Translations under genes and position numbers: made by a program
Notes under the pieces: generated by a model
The model's input: the letters and a program-made list of their open reading frames with translations, nothing else
The model's database searches: none
Told to the model about the DNA's origin: nothing
Shown here: positions 27,201 to 39,588 of the stretch, piece by piece
Layout: each line of letters begins with the position of its first letter
Position numbering within the stretch: position 1 is the stretch's first letter
NCBI GenBank assembly: GCA_973895155.1
Contig: OZ316891.1
Coordinates: 4,807,708 to 4,871,707, forward strand
Direction: 5' to 3'
Origin: Marsupella aquatica
Lineage: Eukaryota; Plantae; Marchantiophyta
Length of the DNA: 64,000 nt

Positions 27201-28882
27201 AACGCGCCTTCGTGCTGGGTGCAACATTTCAACCAAAAAATGAAAGTGAAAAAGGACTTGGGTCCGCTGATGATCTACAGTTGTGGGAGCCGCCTTTGCA
27301 TAATTGTCATGCAGAAGCTTCCGTCATTAGAGCAACATCATTCTAAGTTATCTGTTTCTTCGAATATATATCAGGCTGCAGAAAAACAAAAATGGCCAAA
27401 CTGGGGAGACAGGATCCCAAAGGCAGGAGACCCAAACAGGAAATGAAGACAAGGATCCCAAAAGGCAGGAGACCCAATCTAGGAAAGAAAACAAGCAGAA
27501 ACCTAGTAAACCCAAAGCCAAAAAGCTTGCCTCCAAGTGGGCTGAATTTGAAGAGCCGATTTCATTGAACCAAAAACACGATTTACAACGAAATTATCAT
27601 TGGTGAAAGTTTACAGCTGTTGGGCTCTCCACGCTTACAAGTCATTGATAATCTTCCAACTGGATAGCAACAACGGAAGTAGCTGGTTTCTTCGAGGAAA
27701 ACACGCCTTCAAGTTGGCTGAATATTTCTACACAAGCCGTCAAATCAAAGCAATCCGGTGAGATTTTTAAAACTGGAACGCATGATTTGACGGCTGTGGA
27801 GACTACTTGTTGTCTACGAAGACTGGTCGACAGATCGACAGAGAAGGACAACAGATGCTGGCTAAATTGGGGAGTCCTGTCGAAAGAGTTTTTCTACAGC
27901 CGGAAAGTCTGCGTCACCTAGCCCAGATGGGCCATGCTCGTGTCTTCATGCGAATGTTTCTTCGGAAGCTGTGTTCTTTCCACTGTTCCACTGTCGACAT
28001 CGATAATTACTTTAGTGAAGTTATCTGGACGCTTTAGCTGTGCAATCTTAGCCCTAGGTTTTGTGCTTTGCAAACTTCCTGGAAGCGAAGGTTGCTTTCT
28101 CGATCTCCGCCGTGTCTACAGTAAGAAGCGTCTTCTAGTACAGCAGTTGACTTCTTTTACACCATGCCGACAGTGGAACAGTGAGAATTGGCGTTCGAAG
28201 CAAGATCCTAATTTCACTGTAACAGGGTATCCAACAGTGCATTAAAAATTTCACATATATTTCATTCCCCAAGATTCTCCAAGAAGTACACGGATAATCA
28301 TTGTTGCCGGCCACTTCAATGTATATGATTTCGGTGGGCTAGGACTACTATTCCCACAGCTCCTGGTGCCAAGAGAAGATGATTGATCCCATGACCTGTC
28401 GGTCAATTCAAAACAATTTTCAGCTGTTCGAAAGCAAGCTGTCAGAAACAGAGAAACCAAAGCCCAATTGAAAAACACACGCAATTCTACAGAGGGCGAG
28501 CTTCGATTGAGTCGTGATGAAATGAATGAGAAAACAATGTGTCTGGCGACTGGTGAATTGGAATGACAGCTTTGACATGTAATTCAGACGGAAAACTACG
28601 AGAAACATCTACAGTACCTTTTGTTTTTTCCAGAGTTTTCTGTTCGGGATTTCTTTTGAGAGAGGTCGTTCTAGTAGTATATCACAATGCCCAAGGGCAA
28701 AAAACGCCGAACTGGGAGACATGGTCCCAATGGCACTGCAACCCAATGAAGGGAAGGAAAAGAGGGGAGAGGGCCAATTTGCTTATACTGTGGTTTCTAT
28801 TCGAGTCATCAGCAGTATGCGATGCGAGAAGACACGTACAAGGAATTCACTTTCTTTCCTTGGTATTTGGCAAGGTTTGGTC

Positions 28883-28966
28883 GAGCAATGAGTCATGACC
28901 AAGCCACTGCCTGAATCAAGAGCAAGCCACGTTGGGTGGGGCAGTGGCTTGCTCATGACTCAGCTC
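28883..28966. ncRNA. pre-miRNA-like hairpin
   Basis: TGAGTCATGACCAAGCCACTGCC (28889-28911) pairs with GGCAGTGGCTTGCTCATGACTCA (28940-28962) at 22 of 23 bp. The loop is 28 nt, and a basal GAGC/GCTC extension follows a 2-nt bulge. Confidence 0.4.
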
Positions 28967-30073
28967 CTATGACGTGCCTTCGGTGGAAAGACAGGAATTC
29001 CCACCCTCCATCACTGAATCAACTCCCACCCCCGCCCCCCAATTTGCTACTTTTCCTAGGCTAATGTTCTCAGACCGCCCCTATGCTGTGCAACCATTGG
29101 AATTGAGAAACGTCGGCTTCTTTTTTTTGGCGAGGCTAAGCAAGGGGTGGCTGGGTTGGCCGGTGGTCAAGGTAAGGTGGTCTCGTAGAATTGGCCCCAA
29201 TACGTGTTTCCTCCCATATTGAAAGTTCAGGAGAGGGAACTTCCTCACTTCCTCCATATGTCCTCCCTACCCTTATTACCACATTTACTTGACCCCCTTC
29301 CTCTTTGGGTTACCCCTTCTTCTTCTACTTTTTGGTCATGCCCTTCGTGTCATCCAAGTTCAAATCTAGGGGCCTAAGACCTACAAGAAGCATAGCAATT
29401 GATAGTTTAATTAACCATATGAAATACAATGATACATTCAAGTGTGCAGAAGAACTTAATCAACAGTGGGACCGCACCTAACTGGAAAGCCCCTATAGTG
29501 TAAAACATAAACAACGGTATATAAGCATACATAAATTAATTAACTATAACAGTCATTCACATGGAAACTCGTGTAAAAAAAAACAAGCCTATGATATTTC
29601 TATTTAAGTGTGTTCCTATATGTGCATAACCTGATGCATTATAACTCCGCTATAAAAAAGACGTGTACAACAGTTCATGATACAAAATTGTTTGCCAATA
29701 AAATCTGATTATGCACAATGAGATATCACCTACAGTAACTCCCAAGTGACTAACTAAGCCAATTCTTCTTGTAAAGCATGAAGTACATGCACAATTTCCA
29801 GCTGTTATTTGGGGCTTGTAATGGCAGATCCCACAATTCCTCAGTAGGATTCACATTGATGGATCAGACTCCTTGATTTTTCCAGTATTCCAGAGTTTCT
29901 TGGGCGCAAACTATATAATAACTGCACAATTGGAATTGCTTTTTACTTGCCAACAAAATTTGAAAAAGTGCAATAGTCAAGTAAGTGATCAAAATTCCCC
30001 GCAACCTGCCAGTGTCCTATGTAGAAGTTCTATGTGCAGTGTCAGTCTATTAATGTTGCAGCTCTTAGATATA

Positions 30074-30235
30074 TGCATGATGGACCCCCAAAAATGAAAA
30101 TTGTTACTTGATGGGGCCCTAAGTGATCTAGACTGTTGATCTAGACAGACCTTAAATCAAGGTACACAAAACCTCTGGGGTACCATCAAGTAAAATTTGC
30201 CATCATTTTAGGGTCCATCAAGCAAACACCTCCCC
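30074..30235. mobile_element. MITE with imperfect TIRs of about 45 bp
   Basis: Left TGCATGATGGACCCCCAAAAATGA...TTACTTGATGG pairs with right CCATCAAGTAA...TCATTTTAGGGTCCATCAAGCA. Confidence 0.65.
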
Positions 30236-30641
30236 ATGAAGATTCACCTCGTGTGGTCGTCGAGGCTGCCATGTAAATATGTACATGCATTTCTTGTGCA
30301 TGCAGCCTAACGCAAACTAAGTTTTTGGCACCTGCGTAGTTGGGGCCTGGTGATATGGTTACACTGGTTGTGTGGACTAGGTTTACTGCAGTAAATATCT
30401 GCCTTGTGCTCTGCAGTTAGCCCCGGGGCAGTTAGAGTGGAAGAGTGGACATATGAACAATTTATTTGGGAATATGAAAACCTCTCAGATGCTGAAACGT
30501 GTTTCCCTTCATTATTTCTGGATTGGTTTACTTCGGTAAGTTTCTGCGGTTCAGTTCGAGGGGGAAAAGGGGACCGTCGAACAATTTTCTCCATGGGATT
30601 CGTACGCCTATCAATGGCTGACTCGTGTCATATTTTCTCAC

Positions 30642-30919
30642 TGTGTGGACTAGGTTTACTGTCGTAAATCTGTGAAGATTGCCGGGAAAAATCATCGGCG
30701 ACTGATTTTGCTCATCCGGTTTTTCCTCGTTTCAAAGACGGACGCGTGTTGGATTTTGTCAATCCGCGACAAAATGATCCGATACGGTACTTTTTGTGGG
30801 ACCCGCGTAGACGCTTTGAGTGGCCCACCATCAACACTGCGAAATCGTCCCACGTGTCGTCCATCCTTTAGTAGACTTTCGTCACTATTCGTAAAAACCA
30901 AAGAAAATCTAGCCCACAT
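30642..30919. mobile_element. Putative MITE
   Basis: TGTGTGGACTAGGTTTA at the left end and the inverted AAAATCTAGCCCACAT at the right end. A further copy of the left motif lies at about 30369. Confidence 0.4.
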
Positions 30920-33100
30920 ATTTAGCTCACTAGTACCGGTTTAGAAGCGTGTTGCTTCAAGAGTCTTCTTTCAATGCTTGTTTTCATTTTTACTCCTTTT
31001 AACTATGAGTCTCAGTTTCAAGGAACCTTTGGCAACGGAGATAGACCTCATGCAAACATCCAAATTTTCTCGGAGAGAATATTTTGCACTAAAGCACACG
31101 TAAGTTGTAGACCAGAAAGTAACCACTGAAGGTGGTTGAATCTGTGGAGTGGGATTTCTCTGCAACTGGTCATATAACGTATTCAGATCCACTTTACCTC
31201 TTTAGATATGGCCCTAACGTTTTCTTCCCCACAAAGTTCAACCCTGGTTTGTTTTTCAAACCTACGACAACTCCAAACCTTCCCTCTTAGTTGCTCCTCA
31301 TACCAAACGGCTCCCCACAACCCCATCAAACTAAGCTACTTCATGTGCTGAGGCTTCCTGCACTCTATTTTATTAAAAGCTGAATACTTTGCCACTCTTT
31401 TTTGTTCTATTGTTATGCTGTCAGCTTTTCACTGCTGGTTAACAAAAGTAACTTTAGCTTGAAACAATCAAACAGTCCACATCTGGCTAGGTTCCAACAT
31501 TAGATGGTCATTTGTGTCACCTACAAGTCTAGCCGCAGCCCCCCTTGCAACCCTTGACATTGGGTTGGGTCGCTTATTTGCTCCCAACCCAACCTGCACT
31601 GCTACTTCCTGGTCCCCTGCCCCACTTGGTTGAGGGTGGGAGAGGATATTGAGGTTAAGTTGAGGATGGTGAAGACCATTAAATGATGAAATTGGCAGAA
31701 TGTTGACCATTGGACCATTCCAAGCTAATCTGAGTTACTGTGATTAACTGGCCACAGAAGAAGGTGGCAACATAGTAATAAAAGTAAAAATAATAATGGC
31801 AAAGTATATAATTGAACCAAAAAGACTGGAAATGTAGTAAATAGATTTCATGGTTCCCAAACTCTCCTTCATCTTTTACATGGTTATAGACCTTGCTAGA
31901 GGTGTAGCCTAAAGAGCTGCTAACAGGTATGTTCTATTCTCTTAGTTTGGAGTGTATGGAACATTGCAAACTAACCATGTAAGCATCTCATCCAGATACA
32001 CCTGAGGCCTTGTATATGTTGAGAGCCCACTCTTTTTAAATAGCCTAGTTAGTTGAAGGAATTGAAACATGGAAGCTGAAATAACAAAGCATTCATTTAT
32101 TTCCTTCACTTTAACGATTGCCCATTGATGGTATGCAATCCAGCCACAAGTACCCTACCCAGCGTCCTCACTTGTTTTCTTCCAACCTATCATGTGCAAA
32201 GTAGAGATTGATTTCTTGGGTTTAGTGGAAGACTTTTAGAAAATTGTGTACTAAGAATGTTATTGTTTTTAAAGCCAACTTTGAGCATTATAATAAAACA
32301 TAAGAGAAATGTGAAGTTGTGAAACCTTAAACAGTGCAGATTCCATCCATGATGGCCAAGATCAGGATCGGAGGAGAAGAGAAATGTATCACTGGGTTTA
32401 AACAAAACTCAAAACAACCAGGAAAACAATGTTTCCAGACATGAGACACAAAACACCAATAAATGCTCTTCCACAAAGAGTGTCTATTGGCCCACTAAAA
32501 ACGTTTCTGCCTACAAAGTCTAGTAGCCCTGTCCCCTAGTCCAATGCCTCAATTTCAAAATTGTGATTCATGTTTGTAATGGTATGTTGGAACAACATTT
32601 ATACCTTGCCATTTGGATAGATTTGACATCAAGATGATGCATTTGCTACCCTCCTCCCCCAAAAGCAAGATCCTCACACATTCATCTGCTGGCAATAAAA
32701 CATGCTTTCTGTTTACCAAAAAAGAAAAAAGTTGGCAGACATTCTGCTTTACCAACCTCTAGTTGATGCTTAACTAAAGAAATCGACACCTACCATGGGT
32801 CTTAGTACGTGTATCTGTTGGGTTCATGTGTATCTCAGTCAACTTTCTGCATCTGCTTCTGCAACAAGCACCAGTGTCTGGGTCAAATGTTGTAATGGCC
32901 TTCAGTGGTTTACCTGTGGATGATGATAGAATGATCCTTGACCTACCATGCATGTCACTCCGGCAGTCCTGCCCTAAGCTTTACCATGTTGTGTCACACG
33001 TAATGAGGAACGCACGTATGCAATTTTGGGGGAAGACATTATGGATTGTATATATTCAAATTGTTTCAGTGTTTATAGTTTAACAATTCAAGGTGTGTGT

Positions 33101-33492
33101 GACACTGGTGGTTTTGGAAGACAATATCACAGACCACACTCAGCAGCAAGAACAATGTTTTTCCCAGTATCCAAAGCTGTTTGGGCACCAGGTGGGGGTG
33201 GGGGGAGCGGAGGATGGCCAACGCCGGTGGTTTTGGAAGACAACGTCCATATTGTCTTCAAAATACACTAGCAGGGTGAGCAATTTTTGTCTACCTATCC
33301 CGTTAGGGCAGGGGAATAGCCGACATTTGTGGTTTTAAAAGACAATGTCCATATTGTCTTGAGATTACACTTACCCTCTTTTTCCAGTGAGAGTATTTTT
33401 TGCTCACCCATGCTGTTTGGGCGGGGATGAACTGTCAACACTGGTGGTTTTGGAAGACATTGTGAAAGTTGTCTTCAGATTACACTTAGCAT
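33101..33492. repeat. Four spaced repeats (period about 100-120 bp) with a palindromic core
   Basis: GTGGTTTT(GG/AA)AAGACA recurs at about 33107, 33227, 33329 and 33444. The last three copies carry the AAGACA-N-TTGTCTT dyad. Confidence 0.75.
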
Positions 33493-36400
33493 ATCTGCCA
33501 ATGAAAGTATTATTTGCAAGTAGGGTGCCGTTTTGGCCAGGTAAATGGCACATTGCACATGACAATTGCACTCAGGCTTCCAAATTTGCACACCGTTTCA
33601 AAAACAATGGAGTACAGTGCCATTTAAGACTTCAATATCTACAATTCAATTATAATTATAATTGCAATTGCTACTCCCTGACATGATTGTGCTGCTATCG
33701 CTGCTGCTATCCTAACTTGTTGCCACATTGGTTTAAACTAAGTCAAGTGCTTATTGCTACAACAAACTTTATAACAACAAGAGCATCTAACAAGTCATCT
33801 AAATACTTCATACCGACTCCAGATTGACCCTATGATCATTTGCTCTGACAGGAGCTCAACAGCAGCCAATACAGATGAATCATTCACTTCTGATTTTCAT
33901 TGGATTGGACTCTAAGCAAAACATGGAGATTGGAAAAGCGATGAAACTCTATTGCCTGTCTTGATTCCAAAGGGAAGAAAATAACAAAATTTGTTCTAGT
34001 ATATCATTTACTCAAAATTGCAATTAAGGTCCAAACAACAAACCCCAATGCCTAAAACAATTGAAATTAAAACCAAAACTGCCTTGATTCAACCTTGCCA
34101 TTGGTACCTCATCCCATACCCCCTGTCCCTGGCGTTGCTTTTCCCCACCACTTTTCCACACCACATGTTTGTCCGCTCTCCTCAAATATCAAGTCTCAAA
34201 AAGACCTAATGGAAGAAAACATCAAATACAGTTTAACAACAAAGAATGTATTCACATGGATGTCCCCACATTTGATTATCCTAGACTTTTCATAGTTTGG
34301 AATGTGCCAAAATGAGCGGCTTGGACCAATTTACAAGGACAATTACCACCATGCAAGCCATGGAATTTGACCAGGCACAGTCATTGTGAAATTGAGCCCG
34401 ATAGTCACTATCTACCTAGTTTGGCCCGTTTAACCCCAAATTTCATTTTAGAAGGACTTTTAGAAGAACATCCTGTAGGGCTCATTTAAGAGGGGTTGAT
34501 TAGGCAGGAAATTTTTTGAGGGGGCTGATCAGGTAAAGTTCTTTAGGTAGGGGGTGTACTAAGCATATCTCTCATTTTATATCCACCACTTTGCTCTCTT
34601 GGCGATTCTAATCTCCCATGAAATGGCTTGTTGGCATCGTTTGACTCGTTCACCAATATTTCCATGTGAATCGTTTTGCATGGCTCTTTGGACAGGTGTT
34701 GGATATTGGTGGGTGCAAGTTGCACCCATGGAGAGATGAACACCTTTACTTCACAAATGTAAGATTTCCAACAAATGAGTGTACCTTAAAGCTTAGGAGC
34801 ACTGTCTTTTACACTCACCAGATTTTTCACTCAAGAGTGAGTAAAGATAAGGTGGCTTCGTGTGAATAGAATGAGAACGAACAAATTTACTGGTGTCATG
34901 ATAACTTCAAAAGTGTTCATCTTTCCAAATCCCCTTTTCATAGTTTGCTGAATCTCTCAATCTCTTGCTCATGTGGATTTTTGCCTAGAGATTTTAGTTG
35001 ACCAAGCTTCCTAGCTAACTGACATCACATTCTCTCTCTTATAATTGTATGGGAAGATATTTTCCTTCCTTCTTCGAGAAGACAATTTATCAATGCAATT
35101 TCTAGCTCACCCGACCCTAACTGCCCTAAGTCCACATCATGAATTCCACTCTGAGAACTAGGGTGTTTTTTGGGGGAAGGAGCTAGGAACACTTTTATGA
35201 CAGACAAAAGAAAAGGGTGCCAAGGAGAGCTCATTGTGTTAGAGTGGCTACAACAAGTTGGGGCCACTTAAGAGTTTGTTCCACCAAAGTAAACTGCAGG
35301 GCCACTTCTTGTTCTAAAGATAGGCTTGAGACCAGAAACATTTTCAAAGCCACTTACCCTTTAATTGAATGAAGGAGCCAAAATTTGGGTAAATGTTTTG
35401 GACCACTCAGGGAGGTGATCCAGATTTCTACACAAAATCAACATTCCACATCAACATTTTCTTGGGACCACTGCTTGCCATGTAGGATTGGTAAATACCA
35501 TGCCTGAATAGGCCCCCAAAAGCGAGGCCAACTGTAGCCGATTCCACTCATTATATAGTCCCGATTGAATCTAAAAGGGAATGAAAAGAAGCTCCCCAAA
35601 GGTTTAGTAAGGCCATCCTAAGTCCACTTCACAAGTATCAGTCTGACCAGTATGGTTATTTTGTTTAGGGTTTTTGTGGGGCTGGGGCTCTTCTAGGAAA
35701 GACTTGTAAACAAAGGACAAGGGTGCCAAGGAGAACACATTTTATTAGAAGAGAGAATGATATCACTCTGAGGCATAGGTTTTGAGTAAAAGCTGGTGCT
35801 GATTGATGAATTGGCCTAATGTTGTACAGCGTCTACAGGACCCAAGTCTCTCCTAAAAAAGCCAAAAGACCCATGAATCGAGGGAGTTGGAAACCCTAAA
35901 GTACATAGAGCTGGGAGAGGGTCCTAGTAGGAAGAAGGAGCAGAAGAAAACACTTCCACATTGGTTCAAATTGTAGACCGATATACACCAGCTGATTATT
36001 GGCTTATGTTATGCATCTCACCAACTTCCAATTTTCTCAATGAACTACAGGATCACAGTTTGACAACTCATTTATGCATTAAGTCTGGTCTAGAATCTGG
36101 ATCTTCAAATAGGATAATGTCCTGGTTAGAGGGCATTGTGGGATATAATGCCCTGAAAAATGAGGGCAGTAGCCCGAGTTTTGAGGCATTATTTCCATAA
36201 TGCCCATAACTAGGACATTAATGTACGTAAAAACTTGAGTGACTTTTTGGTAACAAACAAGAAAAAGTGAATCCCTGAAATAGAAAATTCAGATTAAAAG
36301 GTCATCCAAGAAGTGGTTGCTATGGAATTGGCCAAAAATATACCTTCTTGAGTTATATTAGATTCTATTCATAGATATTTTGGTTGTATCACCATATAAG

Positions 36401-36538
36401 ATTTGGTTATCATCTTGAGATCTTGACTAAATTTAATTGTTTTTTTTAGTATGGTAAAACTATATTTAATTTTTACTTTTACTATATTTAGGGTGCTTTG
36501 TATAATCCCCTCCTCAAAAAAAAGAGGTGCATTATGGA

Positions 36539-36640
36539 GAATTAATGCACTCAAATATACACAGAGAAAAGTCATGAAGGTCTTTAGGAAGAATTAATGC
36601 ATTCAAATATACAAAGAGAAAAGTCATGAAAGTCTTTAGG
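36539..36640. repeat. Tandem duplication, 52-bp unit x2
   Basis: GAATTAATGCA.TCAAATATACA.AGAGAAAAGTCATGAA.GTCTTTAGG occurs twice. Confidence 0.9.
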
Positions 36641-36775
36641 TATGTGTTTCACCTTTTCAAATGACTTTTGAGAATAAGCTTGACATGGATTAAAAAGTTG
36701 ACTCCTGTTGACATGAACCAAGATCTCTCGCCATGACCCAAAAGGAGACTTCTGTCAAGCCACAAGGACTCAAGA

Positions 36776-37049
36776 GAGATATTTGATGGACCCCCACAAT
36801 GCAAGGTGTTACTTGATGGATCCATGAATGATCTGGATAGATAGACTTCACATCATTGTACCTAAAAAGGATACTCTTTGACTTGTTGGGCCTCCTTGTT
36901 CTTCTTGGGGTCTTTTTCGCCCCCCCTTAATTGGGTTCTTTTGCCTTAGGTACCCATCTTTCCTGGTTTGGCGTTCGTGTATTTTTGGCATTGTGATATT
37001 GATATATAAGTAAGACATTACAATTTAAGGGTGCGTCAAGTATACCTCC
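36776..37049. mobile_element. Second copy of the same MITE family, with an internal T/pyrimidine-rich insert
   Basis: Left TTTGATGGACCCCCACAATGCAAGGTGTTACTTGATGG and right AAGTAAGACATTACAATTTAAGGGTGCGTCAAGTATACCTCC. About 130 extra bp at roughly 36870-37005 compared with the 30 kb copy. Confidence 0.5.
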
Positions 37050-39210
37050 CTAAAGACTCTTTCGCAAAACATGGATACAGTCCAATACACGGAGGAAAGT
37101 ACACGGAGGAACTAACCGTGTACAGACCACAGTCAATGTGAGGGTCGTAGATTCGAGTATTCACCCTGACGTTTCCGTCCTACTGCGTGTTACGGTACGG
37201 AAATGGGCGTGTGTGAGTAATAAATAAAGTGCCGGTCCGGGCATCTACCGGCGCCGGCACGCCAATCAGGTGCTTTCCCGGAAATTCTGATCCATCGAGT
37301 GTCATTCCAGGCGAGAAGGCCGGTATCTGTACGGGCACTTTCAGATGCCAGGTGTCAGCTGGCGCGGGGTAAACTAGAGGATAATTTACCTGGCATTACC
37401 GTATGTTACTTTACTTTTCGCTTGTCTTTCGGTGGCCTTACTTTTTACCGTTCACGTAATAATCGGTGCGCCAGGTTTAGGGGCACCTTGAACTTTTCTA
37501 GCTTGAGCAGTGATGGGCAACTTTTTCGCTTGACCGGGGAAGATGTAAAATAGGCATTATGGGATTGTTTTGAGTTATTAACCAGACTTATGTTGTGTAA
37601 CTTGTGATCTTTAACTTGCCATGTGGGTATGACCACTAGAGTAAATCCAGATCCAAGAGTAAATAACTAACACCACCAGAAGTTTCTGCCAGAAACAATT
37701 GGTGCATTAAAACTTTCAGGAGTTTCAAAATTTGATCTCTTTTGATTAACTAAGGTCAAATAGTTGGTTAGGATGGACACCTTAGATAAAAGGAGCAGTC
37801 TGTGGCTAGTGCCCTTCAGAAAGTTAATTAGAAAGTGTTTGTGCTCAGATCCATTAAATGAAACATTACTATACAAATGGATTTAATAGGCAAACAAGAA
37901 GGACGAAGAGAGGTCTGTGTCACCCTATCTTCAATCCCTTCTTTGGACATGTGCGGTTTTCTAATGTAGAGCCGACGCCTTAATCTCGGTCAATCCTCAT
38001 GCCCTTTTTGTAACAACGGGTGTGTGTTGTACCACAGAGGGCTCAGGATGTTAATCTTAGCATAAATTTCTAGACAAATCCCTCTTCCTACCCTCTTCCC
38101 ATGCAGTTTACTATGGAGCTTTACCTGGATTTTCAGTTTGTTGCTCAATAGGGGTATAAGTTCTTTTGCATTGTTGAGGACTCTAGGGCTTTTCGGCTCT
38201 TTGCTTTTTTCTTCTGGTTTTCCCCCCTTTATTGGGTCTCTTCCTGTGGGATCCTGTCTCCAAGTTTGACTAAGTTTGTTGGCAATATACACAAGTTCAA
38301 AAGGATCAACAAGAACTATTGCTGAATCCCAACCAAATATTTAGACTTTCTTTTGAGGAAGAGCTGCCCTACCTCAAGGTGTTACATTTGGTTTCTCACT
38401 CTGCGTATTTTCATTCTTCTGCAAGTGATGACAGATTTGTTGCTTGACATCTAACCTCAGAGGTTAATTACACTGCTGTCTTGCCTGGAACCGAAGCAAA
38501 TCAGGTTTGCACACAAAAGATCATCAAACTGTTGAGGAGCTGAGACAAATTTTCAGGTCTTGTGTTGTGAAACTTGGATATAAAATTTACAATGCCTAGT
38601 TGTAAGAGTATTTTAAGCCTTTTGTTTATATTGTTTGTAATGTAAAAATGACATCTACAGAAATAGTTTATGGCAGTACACTATAATCTAGAAAAGGGAA
38701 CTTGATAGTCCTTGTGGTGCATTGTTTTTCTGCCAACCAATGTGATGTAGGCAATTTCAGCACATATTTCTGCACATACCTTCGTTGGGGTCATATGAGA
38801 ATGATGTTGTTCCATATAGCATACTCATCCTCGAACATGAAAAGTTATTTTGTCCTCTAGCAAAAAGTTTAAGTTTTTTAGTGAAATATAGGTGAAATAA
38901 TTTTTTTGTGGCAAATATAAATAGGACATTGATTAGGAAGCGTGACATTGAAAAGTTGTGCAGATAAAGTACAAGAATAAAAGTACACATGTAAAGAAAA
39001 ATAATAATGAACAGGAAACATTTAAGTCTATGATATTGGGTTTTGCACATACTATACACTAGTAAAGATACTTGTGTATTTATCTTAGGTAATGACATTC
39101 AAATGAATTAAAATTATAACTTTAGGACACAAAACCATGAGTAGAACTTAAAGACATGAGGAGTGCGCTTTAACTAGATCATTTCTTTTTCACTAAGGGC
39201 TAGAACTTCC

Positions 39211-39588
39211 GTGAGCTTTGTTAAAGGGTGGATGATCAAAAGTATAGCAAAGATTGAAAAATTTAGAGGGGTGCCAGATTAAATTCAAAATCTAAAGTAT
39301 ACAAGGGATGCACCTTGGTAAGACACATTGAATTAAAATACACAAGAAAAGAAGTTTGAATAAGGCAAAATACTGGAAGATGGATTCACCATATAGCAGT
39401 GAGCTTTGTTAAAGGGTGGATGATCAAAAGTATATCAAAGATTGAAAAATTTAGAGGGGTGCCAGATTAAATTCAAAATCTAAAGTATACAAGGGATGCA
39501 CCTTGGTAAAACAGATTGAATTAAAATACACAAGAAAAGAAGTTTCAATAAGACAAAATACTGGAAGATGGATTCACCATATAGCAGT
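39211..39588. repeat. Near-identical tandem duplication, 188-bp unit x2
   Basis: GTGAGCTTTGTTAAAGGGTGG starts at 39211 and 39399; only a few substitutions separate the copies. Confidence 0.95.

Noticed and set aside
33101-33492. CRISPR-like array
   Set aside because: Eukaryotic context, degenerate repeats, spacers similar to one another, and no cas genes.
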